Positions 26,833-39,254 of a stretch of DNA of 64,000 bases are shown here, piece after piece. Location: contig CM097885.1 of assembly GCA_044892525.1 (NCBI GenBank), positions 242,420,001 through 242,484,000 of the forward strand, read 5' to 3'. A program made the position numbers and the translations under genes. Origin of the DNA: Schmidtea polychroa (lineage: Eukaryota). The notes beneath the pieces were generated by a model. The model was not told the origin of the DNA and did no database searches. It worked only from the letters and a program-made list of their open reading frames with translations. Position 1 is the first letter of the stretch. The number at the start of each line of letters is the position of its first letter.

Positions 26833-29800
26833 CAGCGGTTGCCAAACTTTTTGACCTCCCGGACCAGTTAATTCATAATTCAAATCCCGCGGACCACTAA
26901 TAGATTTTTTAAGTGCTAAATATATTTAGAAAAAAAATTTGATCAAAGAACACATAAAATGTACCTAGTTAGTAAAACGAATCTATTAATAATAAACCAT
27001 AATAAAATAAATTAAACAAAAACTGTACAAACAAAACAATTGAAAGATGGTTTAAATATATCAAACCTTTAGTGTTATACATTCCTAGTGTGATGGATGT
27101 TCCTGCCTACTTGAAATAAAATTATGGATATTTGGATCCAATGTTGTTACTGCAAGACGGAGAACTGCATTTATTTCAAGCCGAGATCGGTACCGCGTTT
27201 TGATAACTGTGAGAGACGAAAAGGCCTTTTCGCACAAATAAGTTGTGGAGAATTCTATCAAAATTTTCATCCCATGTTCACTAAGCAAAAGACTTTTTAT
27301 GGAAAGCCAAAACTGAGATCTTGATAAGGATGCTTGAAATTTAAATTTAAGAGTTTCATCGGACGATAGGTCGACGAGGCTTTCTTTTAGATACATGCTT
27401 AACTACTATCCTGAATTTTCGCTGCAAACGGATCTATTATCCACATATTGCCATTTCTGGGATCTTCATTCTTTGGGTAATAACGAGCAAAAGATTCTGT
27501 GAGTGATTCCAAGTGCTTTTTAACTAGGGTCACCACTTGCCGGTTAACATCATTCTCGCTCATGTAATCATCAAAATTAGAAAACATTTGCAGATCGTCT
27601 TCAACCAAAAGCGTTTGCCACAGTAATATTTTCTTTTGAAACGCATCCATTTTACTTCGTAGTGTGAACACGTCCTTAAGTTGTCCTTGCAAAGATATGT
27701 TTAGTTCATTTAACAGGGAAAAAATATCTGCCAGGTATGCAAGCTTTGCTAGCAATTCATTGTCTGACAAGCATTTTTGCAATTTCGGATTATGTTGCTG
27801 CTGGAAAAATAATTTGACTTCTTCCCGCAAGGCAAATAGTCGGGTCAATATTTTGCCCCTAGACAGCCATCTCACCTCAGCATGCCGTAGAAGATGAGTA
27901 TACTCGGAACCCATGTCTTCACAAAGAGCCTCAAATATTCGATAATACATTTGATAAGACATTTGATAATACTTCGTGTAGTTCTGGGGACATTTGTTTC
28001 GCCGCAAGTTGTTCTCGATGTATAATGCAGTGTGTAGATAAAATGTCTGGGTGACCAAAATTCTTCACCTTTACAACGATTTCTGAAAGATGTCCAGTCA
28101 TATTTGCGGCACCATCTGTGCAGATCCCAATACATTTTTTCCAATCAATTTCATGTTCCCGGAAATAACCATTAAGCGCTTCGAAGATCTCAGAGCTGGT
28201 TGTTCTACCCGGCAAATTAAGGGCACATAATAGTTCTTCATGTAACTCTCCTTCACACTCAACCCTCACAAAACAAAGAAGAAGTGCTTTGTTTTTAATG
28301 ACCGTAGATTTGTCAAGTTGGATTGAATAAAATGAAGAATTTTTCACCATTTTTATTATCTGATTTTCAATGTCTTCGGCCATATCTTCGATTCTGCGCT
28401 TGATAGCATTATTAGACATAGGAATTGCTTTCAATTTATGAACAGCCTGCATTCCTAAAATCTGTTCACAGGCTTTTAACATGAATGGCTTAATTAATTC
28501 TTCTCCAATCGTGAACGGCTTTTTGCATTTCGCGATCTGATTTGCTATGAGATAGGAAGCCTTTAGTGATGATTTATCTTCCATGGTCATTTTTCTTAAA
28601 GCAAATACTTGCTTTTGCATATTTTCATGCATTCTTTTAAAATATTCTAGCGGTTTTTCTGCTAAATCCGGGTGTTTTGAATTCAAGTGTCTTTCTAGTT
28701 TTGAAGGTTTTAATGCATCGTTAGATAGGCTTTCAGAACATACAACACAGAGAGGCCGTGGACCCAGCTCACTGCCAGGTTTTTCAACGAATCCAAATTT
28801 TAAGTAGTGGGAATAATATTTCCTTGATAAATTGTGTTTTTTCTTCTCTCCACCTTCCGTTCCAACTTGTTTCCTTATGGTGCCCGATGAAGACTGTGGA
28901 ATTGCTGATTTATTGATCATTTCACGGTTAGGTTCTGTATTATTAACGTTATTATTATCGTTCTCATTACCTTTTGCACTACTAAAGAAATGAAAAATAT
29001 TCTTTTGCTTTTTTTCACTCATTATGGGGTTAATTTATTTGAATCTAAAATAAAATGAAAAGAAATTTAGAAAAGTCAAACTTATTTTATCACATTAACT
29101 TAAATCAAATCAAATAAAAGAAAAGATTAAATTATATTTTTACACAAAATTAAGTAAACTTACACAAATTTAAGTGGATTTACAAACTGAATGGATATAA
29201 TAAACTTAAAAAAATAAAGTAGAAGAGCGGCAGCAGTGATGAAAACGATATAACTTAAATAAAATAAAGCTATATACTTAAAATTTAAAACAAACTAAGT
29301 ATACTTATAGAAAATTAAGTTATTAAAAAATATAATGGCGAAATTGGAGGATTGTCCTGGTTAATATGCTAAACAGGGAGGAACTAAAATAAGAATCTCC
29401 ATACTATAGACAAAATTTTGCAAATAAAACTTAATAATAAATTTATTTTCTTTTTTCTGCTTTTTATAATTTTATGTTTTTATTGATATTTGTGTAAAAT
29501 TACTTAATTTTGTGTAAGATTACTTAATTTTGTGTAAACTTACTTAATTTTGTGTAAATTTACTTAATTTTGTGTAAATTTACCAAATTTTTTGTAAGTT
29601 TATTAACTAAACTAAAAGAAAATATGTACATGGTAAAGATTTAATATCATACCTGTTTTAAACCTATTGTCAATGTATAAAAGTCCGAAACGAAAGAGTT
29701 CAGCATGGAACGATATTAGTTATTAAAAATAAATATTATGAAGCGCAAAATTGAAGTTATGTATTGACGTAACCGTGTTATTATTAATATGAAAAGTTTA

Positions 29801-30136
29801 GTACTTATGGTGTGTTCTATTGTTTAATGTAGATACGCAGCAGCATACTAATATTGAAACTGGCTTCAATAACTCATATTAAAAAACTTGAAACATTCAT
29901 CAGCGGTATCACCTAAACCGCGGCGTTATTCTACGCGCAGGAAGAGTACATTCTGCGTGACAGAGATTGAAGGCCGATTGTCCAATGGCCAGTGCACAGT
30001 AAACGATAGAAGTTTTTATAACTTGTCACCTATTTTATGAATTGAATCATGTTTTAATGCATCTTAAAACATAACTTCGCATGACAGGTAAGTATATTCA
30101 AAATTTTTCTGCGGACCACCATTTTGGAAACCGCTG
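26833..30136 (-). mobile_element. hAT (Buster/ZBED5-type) transposon, structurally complete, transposase broken
   Basis: TIR CAGCGGTT(G/T)CCAAA; perfect 8-bp TSD CTCTATCA with central TA; ORFs 27931-29022 (BED finger CVVC..LKPSKLERHLNSKH; CTDGAANMTG), 27399-28058 (HAEVRWLSRG) and 27085-27396 (FSTTYLCEKAFS). Confidence 0.95.
29491..29590. repeat. Five 20-bp subterminal tandem repeats in the Buster element
   Basis: Unit TGTGTAAANTTACTTAATTT read directly five times; related inverted copies near 29130-29170. Confidence 0.9.
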
Positions 30137-33100
30137 CTCTATCATACTANNNNNNNNNNNNNNNNNNNNNNNNNNNNNNNNNNNNNNNNNNNNNNNNNNN
30201 NNNNNNNNNNNNNNNNNNNNNNNNNNNNNNNNNNNNNNNNNNNNNNNNNNNNNNNNNNNNNNNNNNNNNNNNNNNNNNNNNNNNNNNNNNTTGGAGTTTC
30301 GACTAAATNNNNNNNNNNNNNNNNNNNNNNNNNNNNNNNNNNNNNNNNNNNNNNNNNNNNNNNNNNNNNNNNNNNNNNNNNNNNNNNNNNNNNNNNNNNN
30401 NNNNNNNNNNNNNNNNNNNNNNNNNNNNNNNNNNNNNNNNNNNNNNNNNNNNNNNNNNNNNNNNNNNNNNNNNNGAGCCTGTAGTGCCTCTGACTTCCAA
30501 ATTAATAAATATATTAATTTAATAATAAAATTGCAAATACATTATTAAATTAAGATACATTGTTTTAATATTCTTATATATACACTTTTCTTTCAAACAT
30601 CTCCACCTTTTTAATAATATAAAATGTGATCCAAACTCTCGAATTGAAACAATTTATGGATAAACGAAATGCATCGCCTATATATCCAATGCACATTACA
30701 AAGGATACACCTCGTACTGCTCTTACTTGTCGTCAGATCACAGAGCATGCAGCCGATGGATGTGTCAAGTTCAGATTAATAATAACGCTTGGATAATGGA
30801 GACTACACCATTATAACTGAACTTCCTAACAATCAGAAATTAGGAGTCGTAATCAATGAAATGTAATGTCATTCCTAAATTCGCAAATACCTGATACACT
30901 GTGTAGAAAGATGTGTAATTCAATAAATATATTTTACCAAATAGTCTTATATTATAACTTACTCGATCCTTTTATAAAATGTACGGAGTATTGAACTAGG
31001 ACTCTCAGGGCCCTTTGTAAGTATTTTGTTTAAATCGATCATCAGATCAAAATCTTGATTACTTTGTCTAAATTCCTTACACAATTTACAATAGCAGTTA
31101 AAGGGCATTTGTAATTAATTGTCAGTAACTAATAAAAGTTTAGGGACAAAGTTCTTGAAAATTGGCATAAAATTTGGCATAAAATAATTAAACTATAGTC
31201 TTTTTTAAGTGTATTAATTAGTGTGTTAAAACGAATTCAAATTATTTTTAATCACTTTCTGTTTTGATTATTTAGTTTTTTTCAAAAATTATATATTTTA
31301 TTATTTGGTATATTACTCTTCAATGGATTTCACATATTTTCTTGAATTTTTAATTATTTTTCTATAATTTCTATTTCTTTTATTTTTCTAATTCTTATTT
31401 TATACTTTGCCATGAGTTTTAATGTATTATTTATTTATCAATGTTTGTGTTTATTTCGTGCTCTAATTCTTGCATTTGTTAATTATTTATAATATACGTT
31501 TGTTTTTGATTTTGTGTTATGTTCATTCATTTTTTTGTCTTAGTGGTATTTTCCGTGTGTTTGAATTTAACTCAAATTATTATTATGTCTATGTTATTAT
31601 TGACGCATTTCGATCAAAATTCACGTTAAATCTAGGTCAAAAGTTAGTTTTTGCTCTACAATAATGACGAAGCCAGGATTGAATCACATCAATTGTCAAG
31701 GACAATATTAAGTCAACAGTCACAGTATTTGTTGATAAAAAGAAAGACATGATATTGGTTGGATAGTTTTATTGAAAAGAACGCATGGAGCTAGATTAGT
31801 TTATTAAACTTAACAAAAATAAATAAAATGGTAATTGACAAAATTATCCAGAAATATTTGTTACAATTTTTTTAGGTGCTTGGCTAATTGAATTTTTTTT
31901 ATTTTTGAAGATTTTAAAAAGATTTTTAAATAATTGTTATTGAAGGAATTGTAATTTTTACTGACCAATTCAATAGAAAAATATAACTCGATACCTGAAT
32001 TACCTGGTACATACCCTCGTAATAGAAATCGGATTTCCCTTTTTAATTTATTTTTGTTAAAATAACAAGTATTTAATTTTTAGTTACCATGGTACCAAAT
32101 TTCTATTTTTAATTAATAAATTACTATTTTAAGAGTGCAAGTTTTATTACAAACTTAGAAACTGTTCATATAAGGACGTCCGCACATACATGGCTCTTTT
32201 CATTACAATGCCTCCCGATTTAAATATATTTTTTCATGTTTCTCTTGTTGGTGTTGATAATATAGCAATTTGACCTTCACCAATTTTACAATATTTAAAC
32301 AAATAATAATAATTTCCTAAATTATTTCAGATAATAGTTATACAATTAACAACATTCTTTAATCAAATATCATTGACATAAAATTCGTAGTAGCGTTCAA
32401 CGAGAGGTGACTATTTATCAGCCCTATATGTTAGGATTGATCTTGTGGACAAAAATATCTAACACAATTTCTGATTTATCTGACTCCGAAAGATAAATAT
32501 AGTGTAGGTAATGATAAAGGATATAGATTAAATAAGACAACACTTATTTCTGTTTTAAAATTATATGTAGTTATGCACAATAATCACACCATGCAAATAT
32601 TTGTAAGCCCAAAATGCCACTACTAAATCAAGTACAGATATCGGTTATACAAACCGTCCTCAGAAAAAGATTGCACAAGCAGGGTCTAATTGTCTCACAG
32701 CGCTGTATTAATAAGAATGGTCTGAGATGGAGGGAGAGTCTCGAAATTTGCTCGATCGAATAGAACCAGATTGATCTATCGTTCCTATCCCTTCTAAAAT
32801 GTAATCCAAGCAAGTAAATCAATCAGAAATATTGATACCTGTGGTCGGGTGTGCTTTATTTAATTATTGAACCAATAAATAAATAAATTAACCTTATGGT
32901 AAGGATCAAATTTTCGATAAAATTATCTCATTTAGAATTCTCTTTTAACTACTTTTTAATCACTAGTTTTCTGTTCAAAATCTGCTTTTCATCACCAGCT
33001 AAATTCTTTACTCTCTAGTCACAGTAGGAGAAATAATACTTTTCAATCCTTTCAATCAGTACTGATTAAGCTTGGTAATCGAATTTTGACTTTTGTGATT

Positions 33101-33236
33101 ATTATACTTCCTTTTATATTATTTTATAAATTACTATATTTAGTATATAGTTTATACATAGTAATTATTTATTTATATTTATTATTTCATGCTTAACCCT
33201 TATGGCTATTGTTTTAACGAAACCAACCCCAACATA

Positions 33237-34716
33237 TATAGCATTTTCGCGTTAAATTAGACACTTTCGAATTTGAATTGGACACTTTAAAAGTTTAATT
33301 GGACATTTTAAAAGTTAAATTGGACACTAGTTATAAAACTGTAAAAGACGTGAATTTATATTTCAAATAAGACGACTTTAATCAAACATGATCTTTCAAA
33401 TTTTAAATCGCTCTCCTGCAACTGCTTTTGAAATGTTATTCATCATATGCATAACATATCCACAACAATCACCCGGGTTAATATTGTTCAAGCCATTACA
33501 GATAATTTCCCGTAGATTTACATTATCCACATTCGATGATAAAATATTCTTGACGAAACTCTTCAACTTACTCCATGCATTTTCGATGGGATTCAGCATG
33601 TATGAATAGGGTGAGAGAAATTTCAATACAAATCCGGTATCGGTAAAGATGTTTCGTATATAATCAGTTTTATGAATTTGAGCATTATCTAAAACTATCC
33701 ATGCACCATTGTAAATCTCATCGCGTTGAATAATCGCAATTAGCTCCATTAAAAAATCACCGAATATTGAACTTGTACAAGTACTGTCGTCAACAATACG
33801 GCTATGAATAATTTTGTTTGAATTCATTGCTGCAATAACAGTTACATTTCGACCTCTCACTGTTGGCATCACGATATTTGCCCTTGTTCCAATTTTTGAG
33901 CGGGCGGTAGTTCGACGAATATGTCGATTAAAACCACATTCGTCTAAAAAAATGCATTTCTCTTTCAGCGTGGGAGCATTTCGGTCAAAATCCAATGCGT
34001 TTCGTCGTCTCTATTCAACGGTTTCTGGTAAATTTACTCGTTCAAGTTCACGAGAAGCCTTTTTACATGTAATACGAAGCTTCTCAAGACATTTAGACAC
34101 AGACGTGGTTGATAAAGACACTCCTTCGGCTTCAAGTTTGTTTTTTATCATTTTTAAAGTAGTTTGATTATGGTTCTCCACAAAAAATTCAATTCGGTCT
34201 AGTATATTATCCGTAATTTTTGTTTTATTGTTACCACCTCTTTTTCCTACAATAAAAGTTCCTTTACGCTTGTAGTTGTTTATTATCGTTCTCGCGGTGC
34301 TCTCATTAATTCTGTAAGCAGCTGCTGCTTCCCTTATTGTTTTCCCGTCTACTGTGACCATGCTTATTAGCACTATCTTAACGTCCCGGGTGGATTTGGC
34401 ATACGATTTCTTTATAGGAGATTCGCGATTCTCATGCACATCCGCACCATCAATTTCAGTTTCTTCAATGTTTGATTCGTCTGAAAATCCATAATATCGG
34501 CCATTTGACATGATTAATGATTTCAAACGATTATATATATTTGGGCGGGAATTTAGTTGCTATGTTCTGTATATAAAGTATTTCTATAAAAACACATATA
34601 TTAAATAGTAGGGGTGTTATAACTAATGCCCAATTCAAATTTTAAAGTGTCCAATTCAAATTCGAAAGTGTCTAATTTAAAATGGAAAGTGTCTAATTTA
34701 ACGCGAAAATGCTATA
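33237..34716 (-). mobile_element. Tc1/IS630-type DD34E transposon with one premature stop
   Basis: TA duplication; long TIRs TATAGCATTTTCGCGTTAAATTAGACACTTTC with internal AATTGGACACTTT repeats; ORFs 34011-34526 and 33396-33995 share a frame separated by one TAG; catalytic FLDE, LDNA, NPIE with 34 residues between D2 and E. Confidence 0.93.
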
Positions 34717-34727
34717 TACGATGAGTC

Positions 34728-35430
34728 TGTTGGGTTTATGATACCAAGAAGTCGATCGTTGGTTACTCTGACTCCACGTGTCCAAAAAATTGATAAACAC
34801 AAACTCCCAACGTATATTTGTTTTATAGCAAATTTACAATTTTCAATAAATAATTACAACTTTTAGTTAACCACGATTTTGCTCGCAATTTCTGATCAAA
34901 CTTCACTCTGAAAAGTCTCGAGCTTGTGCGATTTAAAAATAAATTTCACCTTTTTTATTTGATTCCGTTCCCTGATCCGAACTCTTTTAATACTCCTTTT
35001 TATAACTCTTCAGTTCTTCTTATAATTCCCTTTAAGTTCTTAGCTTTGTTCTTCAAACTCCTATTGTCAGTTTCTTCTTCACTACCTGAGACTACTGCTG
35101 ATTATCTGAATTTGAAGTTTCCTTATATACTCCCATAATCGTTGTAACTGCCCCGTTTTTGACCTAATTGGTTGACTTTCTTACTTATCGTTCTCTAATT
35201 AGTTATTTCTGTTGACCGTTTTAGTAATTCCCCTTCTTTTGCTAACCCTCGTTTATCCGACTGTTTAGAAAATTGTCCTCTAAATTCCCAGTTTGTTTAT
35301 TCTCCCAAATTGCCGCGCTCGGGTTCTCCATTGGCTCGAATTTCCCATTAGCCAATTTATTAATCAATTAATAGACTGTTTTTCCATATTTGCCTGTTTT
35401 CGACCCGAATTTTTTTGAATTAAATCTTCA
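34728..35430. mobile_element. Solo-LTR family copy abutting the giant element
   Basis: Starts TGTTGGG, carries CTCTGACTCCACGTGTCC and CTCGGGTTCTCCATTGGC; right terminus degenerate. Confidence 0.6.
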
Positions 35431-35763
35431 TATTGTTGGGCTGAGCCGAAGGGTAACTGGGAAATCAGGTTAAACTTAACTAAAATAAAATAAAAAAATT
35501 AAAATAAATAGATTGACGAAAAAAATAAAATAGAATATAAGAAAAAGCAATAATTAGAAAATAAGAATTAAAACAAAAAATATAAAAATAAGAACAATTA
35601 AATAGGACAATAGAATGACGAAAAATAACGTAAAATGTAGCAGATAACAAAGAAATTAAGGAAAATAAATAAAAACACAATAAAAATAAAGAAAATAGGA
35701 AGAAATAACTCAAAAACAAGAAAAATAAATTAAATTAATAAAATAAGGCGGTACTCAATTCTG

Positions 35764-35851
35764 ATTGGTCCGCATAAACGAAAAATACCTATATAAGTAA
35801 ACCGCAAACTCACTATAGTCAATGTTAAAACCAAACCAATTACAGGTAAGA
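35764..35851 (+). promoter_or_regulatory. Putative LTR promoter and first splice donor
   Basis: ATTGG (reverse CCAAT) at 35764, TATATAA at 35790, CAG|GTAAGA donor at 35846 (second CAG|GTAC at 35903 after a 25-bp duplication). Function inferred. Confidence 0.55.
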
Positions 35852-37901
35852 AATAGTATTAAGTAATGTTAAATGTTAAAACCAAACCAATTACAGTTAC
35901 AGGTACTCGACAATCCAGACAATCAACCGACACTCAGACGACTATTAGGAACAGTTCTATCGACGATCAATTCATATAACCGATTTGATTAGTGTTTATT
36001 TCGGCTCAGCCTTTGGAATCACCGAATTTTTCAAACGATAAGTAAGGATGTGTTGCTATTGTAAAATTTGGTAAATGTTTTTCAAGGATTAAATATCTTA
36101 TTATATTAACGTAACATTTGAATAAAACTTCTCCATTCAATCTAAATTTTTTAATGGTAATATAGTTTCGTGAGTTAATTTAAAAGCTAATGATATATGA
36201 ATATTTATGATATGTTTTGTCATCGAACGTATTGATTATGATAAAATTATATTTGAGAAACGTGGAGTTGAGGAGACCCACGCCATGGTGTGAGGAGCCT
36301 TCGGGAGCTCAGCCGGCGGGTGTGGATCTCTTCAATCACGCAGCTGACGTGGGCCGGAATGTGGGGGTTTCCTCACGGGTCCGTCGCTGAAGGAAGTAAA
36401 ATGCTGCAAGCACGAGTTTAAAGTATAGAGGAATGCATTCCAATATTGAAAAGTAGAGTAATCTTAATTGAAAATGACTGAGGTGGCTACAAATTCTTAT
36501 TAGACATCACACTCTGAAATTTCACCCGACATCAGAAATCGTATACTTGCATCAACTGACACTCTATCTTCTAGTGGCAAAATATTCTTCTATCAAAACT
36601 CACGTCAATAGAGAAACTGAGTACTAATATGTTCATTAAGTGTAAAATCATAATATAGGAAGCATAAACGAAGATTTATTCAACAAAAATTTTAGTGCGA
36701 ATATATTTTTCAACAAACCCTTTAATTTTTTTTCATTTCTCCTGAAAATCTACAATAGTGGCAACATGAAGTTCTTTCTGTAAACGACACTTTCGACCAA
36801 TATAGGTGAAACTCTTTTGAATGAGTTGCTGTAAATATCCACGAAATCATAACATCCAAATTGAAAACGGAGGAAACTGCACATCATGAGAATAAATTCC
36901 AACGTCCATGCTCGATGAGAACTAATCATAGGTAGCATATTGAATAAACGAAATAAATCTAACTCGCTGTGTGAGATGATCAGCTGTAACCCTTTAACGT
37001 AGATAATGAGAGAGCATACGAGACCAGTCACACGCATTACTACACATAAATACACGCTTACATATGCCACATGCATTATTTTCCCAGTCAGCTAATGACG
37101 CTGAGAATAAAAGTTGAAGTACACGCACACGACGTAATTAACTCCGATCGATATCTAACTTTCAGATTCATGTTATTAATGATTTCTACGAGTGAGCTAT
37201 GCATTACCGGATGACTGTTATCAATTAGCTAGATTTTATAGATTAATTGCACAAGTAAATTCCATAACAAAAATGAATAGATCGATTTTTAGGATAGGAA
37301 TAAAATTCTAATCATACTCGAATCCTTAAAAATCTAATGGTAGCACAGTGATTGAATAGGTTTTCGATTTTCATATACCAATATGAGTTACGATTTGAGG
37401 TAATTAATTTAAGGAGCATTCCCGCGGCACTAGAGAACTTTGTTTTTACGTTTTTAAAGATAAATATCTGTATTCGAAAAGTTATATGTAAAAATGAATA
37501 TTAATTATTTAATTATGCAAACATTCTAATGTTTCCTAAACAATTTCTACGAAAACGATAACTCTAACGATCACTGGGTCAATACATTTGCGAGTCATCT
37601 TTCCCCTAAATATTTGAGAATCTCAGATAACAATAGGTAACGAATATTCTAAGTATAATCATAAAATTTTGGCAAAGTATTAATCAGATGTTAATTTCTC
37701 TTGCAACCCCAAATAGACATCCGAGAATTCACTGAGTGCAATTATAAAACACTATTTCTAACGGAACCATATCATTGACCTTTTATCCATTTTACTTAAT
37801 TTTTCGAAATTAATAAATGATCATGTCCCATGCTGGTTCAGTAGAAATCGCTGATCTTAATTCTTATTCTCATTGTTTTTTCTTTGTTACAGTTATCAAA
37901 A

Positions 37902-38645
37902 ATGTTGCCAAGCTCGAAGCCGTCGCTCAAACCCTGTTTCTCCTGTGCCGACAAAAACACCGTAATCCGAGAATTACAGGCCCAGATCGGTCGATATAGA
38001 AAGAAGATCGACGATCTGGAAGGTACATGGTTTAGCCCAGTACAAATGAAGGAGGTACAAAAGAAATTGTACCACAGCGAGCATTGTCGCGATGCTTTGA
38101 TAAGCGAAAGTAGAGCTCAGCGTAGCCTAATCAAAGAGCAGTCCGAAGCTTTACATAAAGTTTACGTTCAAGCCGCGACAACCCGGAAGATCGTTGGTAT
38201 CCCGATTAAAGAAGCGGACAATATCTTCCCCGTCCACCATGAACCTTCATTTAGTTCATCACCCTTATCAAAAAGATCTTGTCGTGAATGCGTGGAAGCC
38301 GACCTCTCCCCCAGGCCAACGGACGTACCTACTCCCGCCACCGGCAAGGTATTGCCATCAACCACGACGTCCTCAGAAATCTTGTCGGCCAACCCTTCGA
38401 AACCTAAACGTCGCCAATTATCCAGAGCGGAGCGTAAGAAGCGTCAACGTGAACGAGCAATCGTCAAACAATGGGAACTATCTTCCAACCACCCAAGTAC
38501 TTCGAATGATTCCCCCGTAACGATCGATCTAACTGTAGGGATCCCAGGGCGAATCATGTCTGCCGCTGGTGTGACGTGGGAGGAGAATGCCTCCGAGTTT
38601 TTTGATCTGGATGAACTATTGGCGGATGCAGAATGGGAGAAGTGA
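37902..38645 (+). CDS. LTR-encoded ORF (247 aa from ATG; 253 aa in track): CxxC + coiled coil, basic NLS-like tract, acidic/aromatic C-terminus
   Basis: Open in both LTRs; preceded by polypyrimidine acceptor TTGTTTTTTCTTTGTTACAG (AG at 37891-37892); followed by AATAAA at 38782 and a GT-rich tract. Confidence 0.75.
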   Translation: MLPSSKPSLKPCFSCADKNTVIRELQAQIGRYRKKIDDLEGTWFSPVQMKEVQKKLYHSEHCRDALISESRAQRSLIKEQSEALHKVYVQAATTRKIVGIPIKEADNIFPVHHEPSFSSSPLSKRSCRECVEADLSPRPTDVPTPATGKVLPSTTTSSEILSANPSKPKRRQLSRAERKKRQRERAIVKQWELSSNHPSTSNDSPVTIDLTVGIPGRIMSAAGVTWEENASEFFDLDELLADAEWEK

Positions 38646-39236
38646 GAATCGCAACACAATACAACCGTGCAGAGTGTTAATGGACAAATAAACTATCATG
38701 ACTCCTTTTCCTCTTAATCCATTTTCCACTAAGTGTACTCGTTATATAGTGCCATAATTATCTAGTGTATTATGATAATAGAATAAAGAAATTTGTGGGT
38801 TATTTCTTGTGGTTGTTTTGATTTAAATAGTTGCTAGAAAGGTTCAGAGTAGTGTTCACAAAGTGATTCATAAAGCGAGAGTAAATTTTGAGTTCGAGAG
38901 GCAATAGTCAATTTTGTGTCGAATTATGGGACAGGGTAGAGAGAGAATCTGATGGGGTAAACAGACGTAAGTCCTTCCATCGGCAGTCAGAAAGGGAAGT
39001 CGAGGCCTCAGTAAGGAGTAGTCCTAAGGTAGGGGCTCACCTGCTTACTGGAGTCTCGCCTGCATAGCACATTTCCAACGTGAAGCAATTCGCGGGTGCT
39101 ATGTTGGAGGGTAAGTTGTGCGGGGTCCTGCTCCGGGTTGACACGGGCGTATGTAGCGTGATGATATGGGCACGCATCCCCTAGACAAAGACGTAGATTG
39201 AGCAGAGTCAACCGAGCGCTACCCCAGCATAATTTT

Positions 39237-39254
39237 TGGGGGCTCAGCCGGGAT
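39237..39254 (+). promoter_or_regulatory. Primer-binding site, tRNA-Pro type
   Basis: TGGGGGCTCAGCCGGGAT matches the classical tRNA-Pro PBS TGGGGGCTCGTCCGGGAT at 16/18; lies 7 nt after the LTR end. Confidence 0.85.

Larger units (their letters stand above)
35434..39229 (+). repeat. 5' LTR (3,796 bp)
   Basis: Direct repeat of 59666-63459; I noticed about 11 substitutions and one 2-bp indel by eye. Confidence 0.98.

Noticed and set aside
33237-34716. Bacterial IS630 contamination
   Set aside because: Embedded in continuous eukaryotic AT-rich sequence with a TA duplication; eukaryotic Tc1/IS630-like elements are common.
35480-35719. Hydrophobic F/L-rich minus-strand ORF (also 59551-59949)
   Set aside because: Translation of the low-complexity A-rich U3 tract, not a membrane protein.
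36750-37076. 108-aa antisense ORF open in both LTRs
   Set aside because: The LTRs are nearly identical, so shared openness is not evidence of selection; no recognisable domain. Would need expression data.
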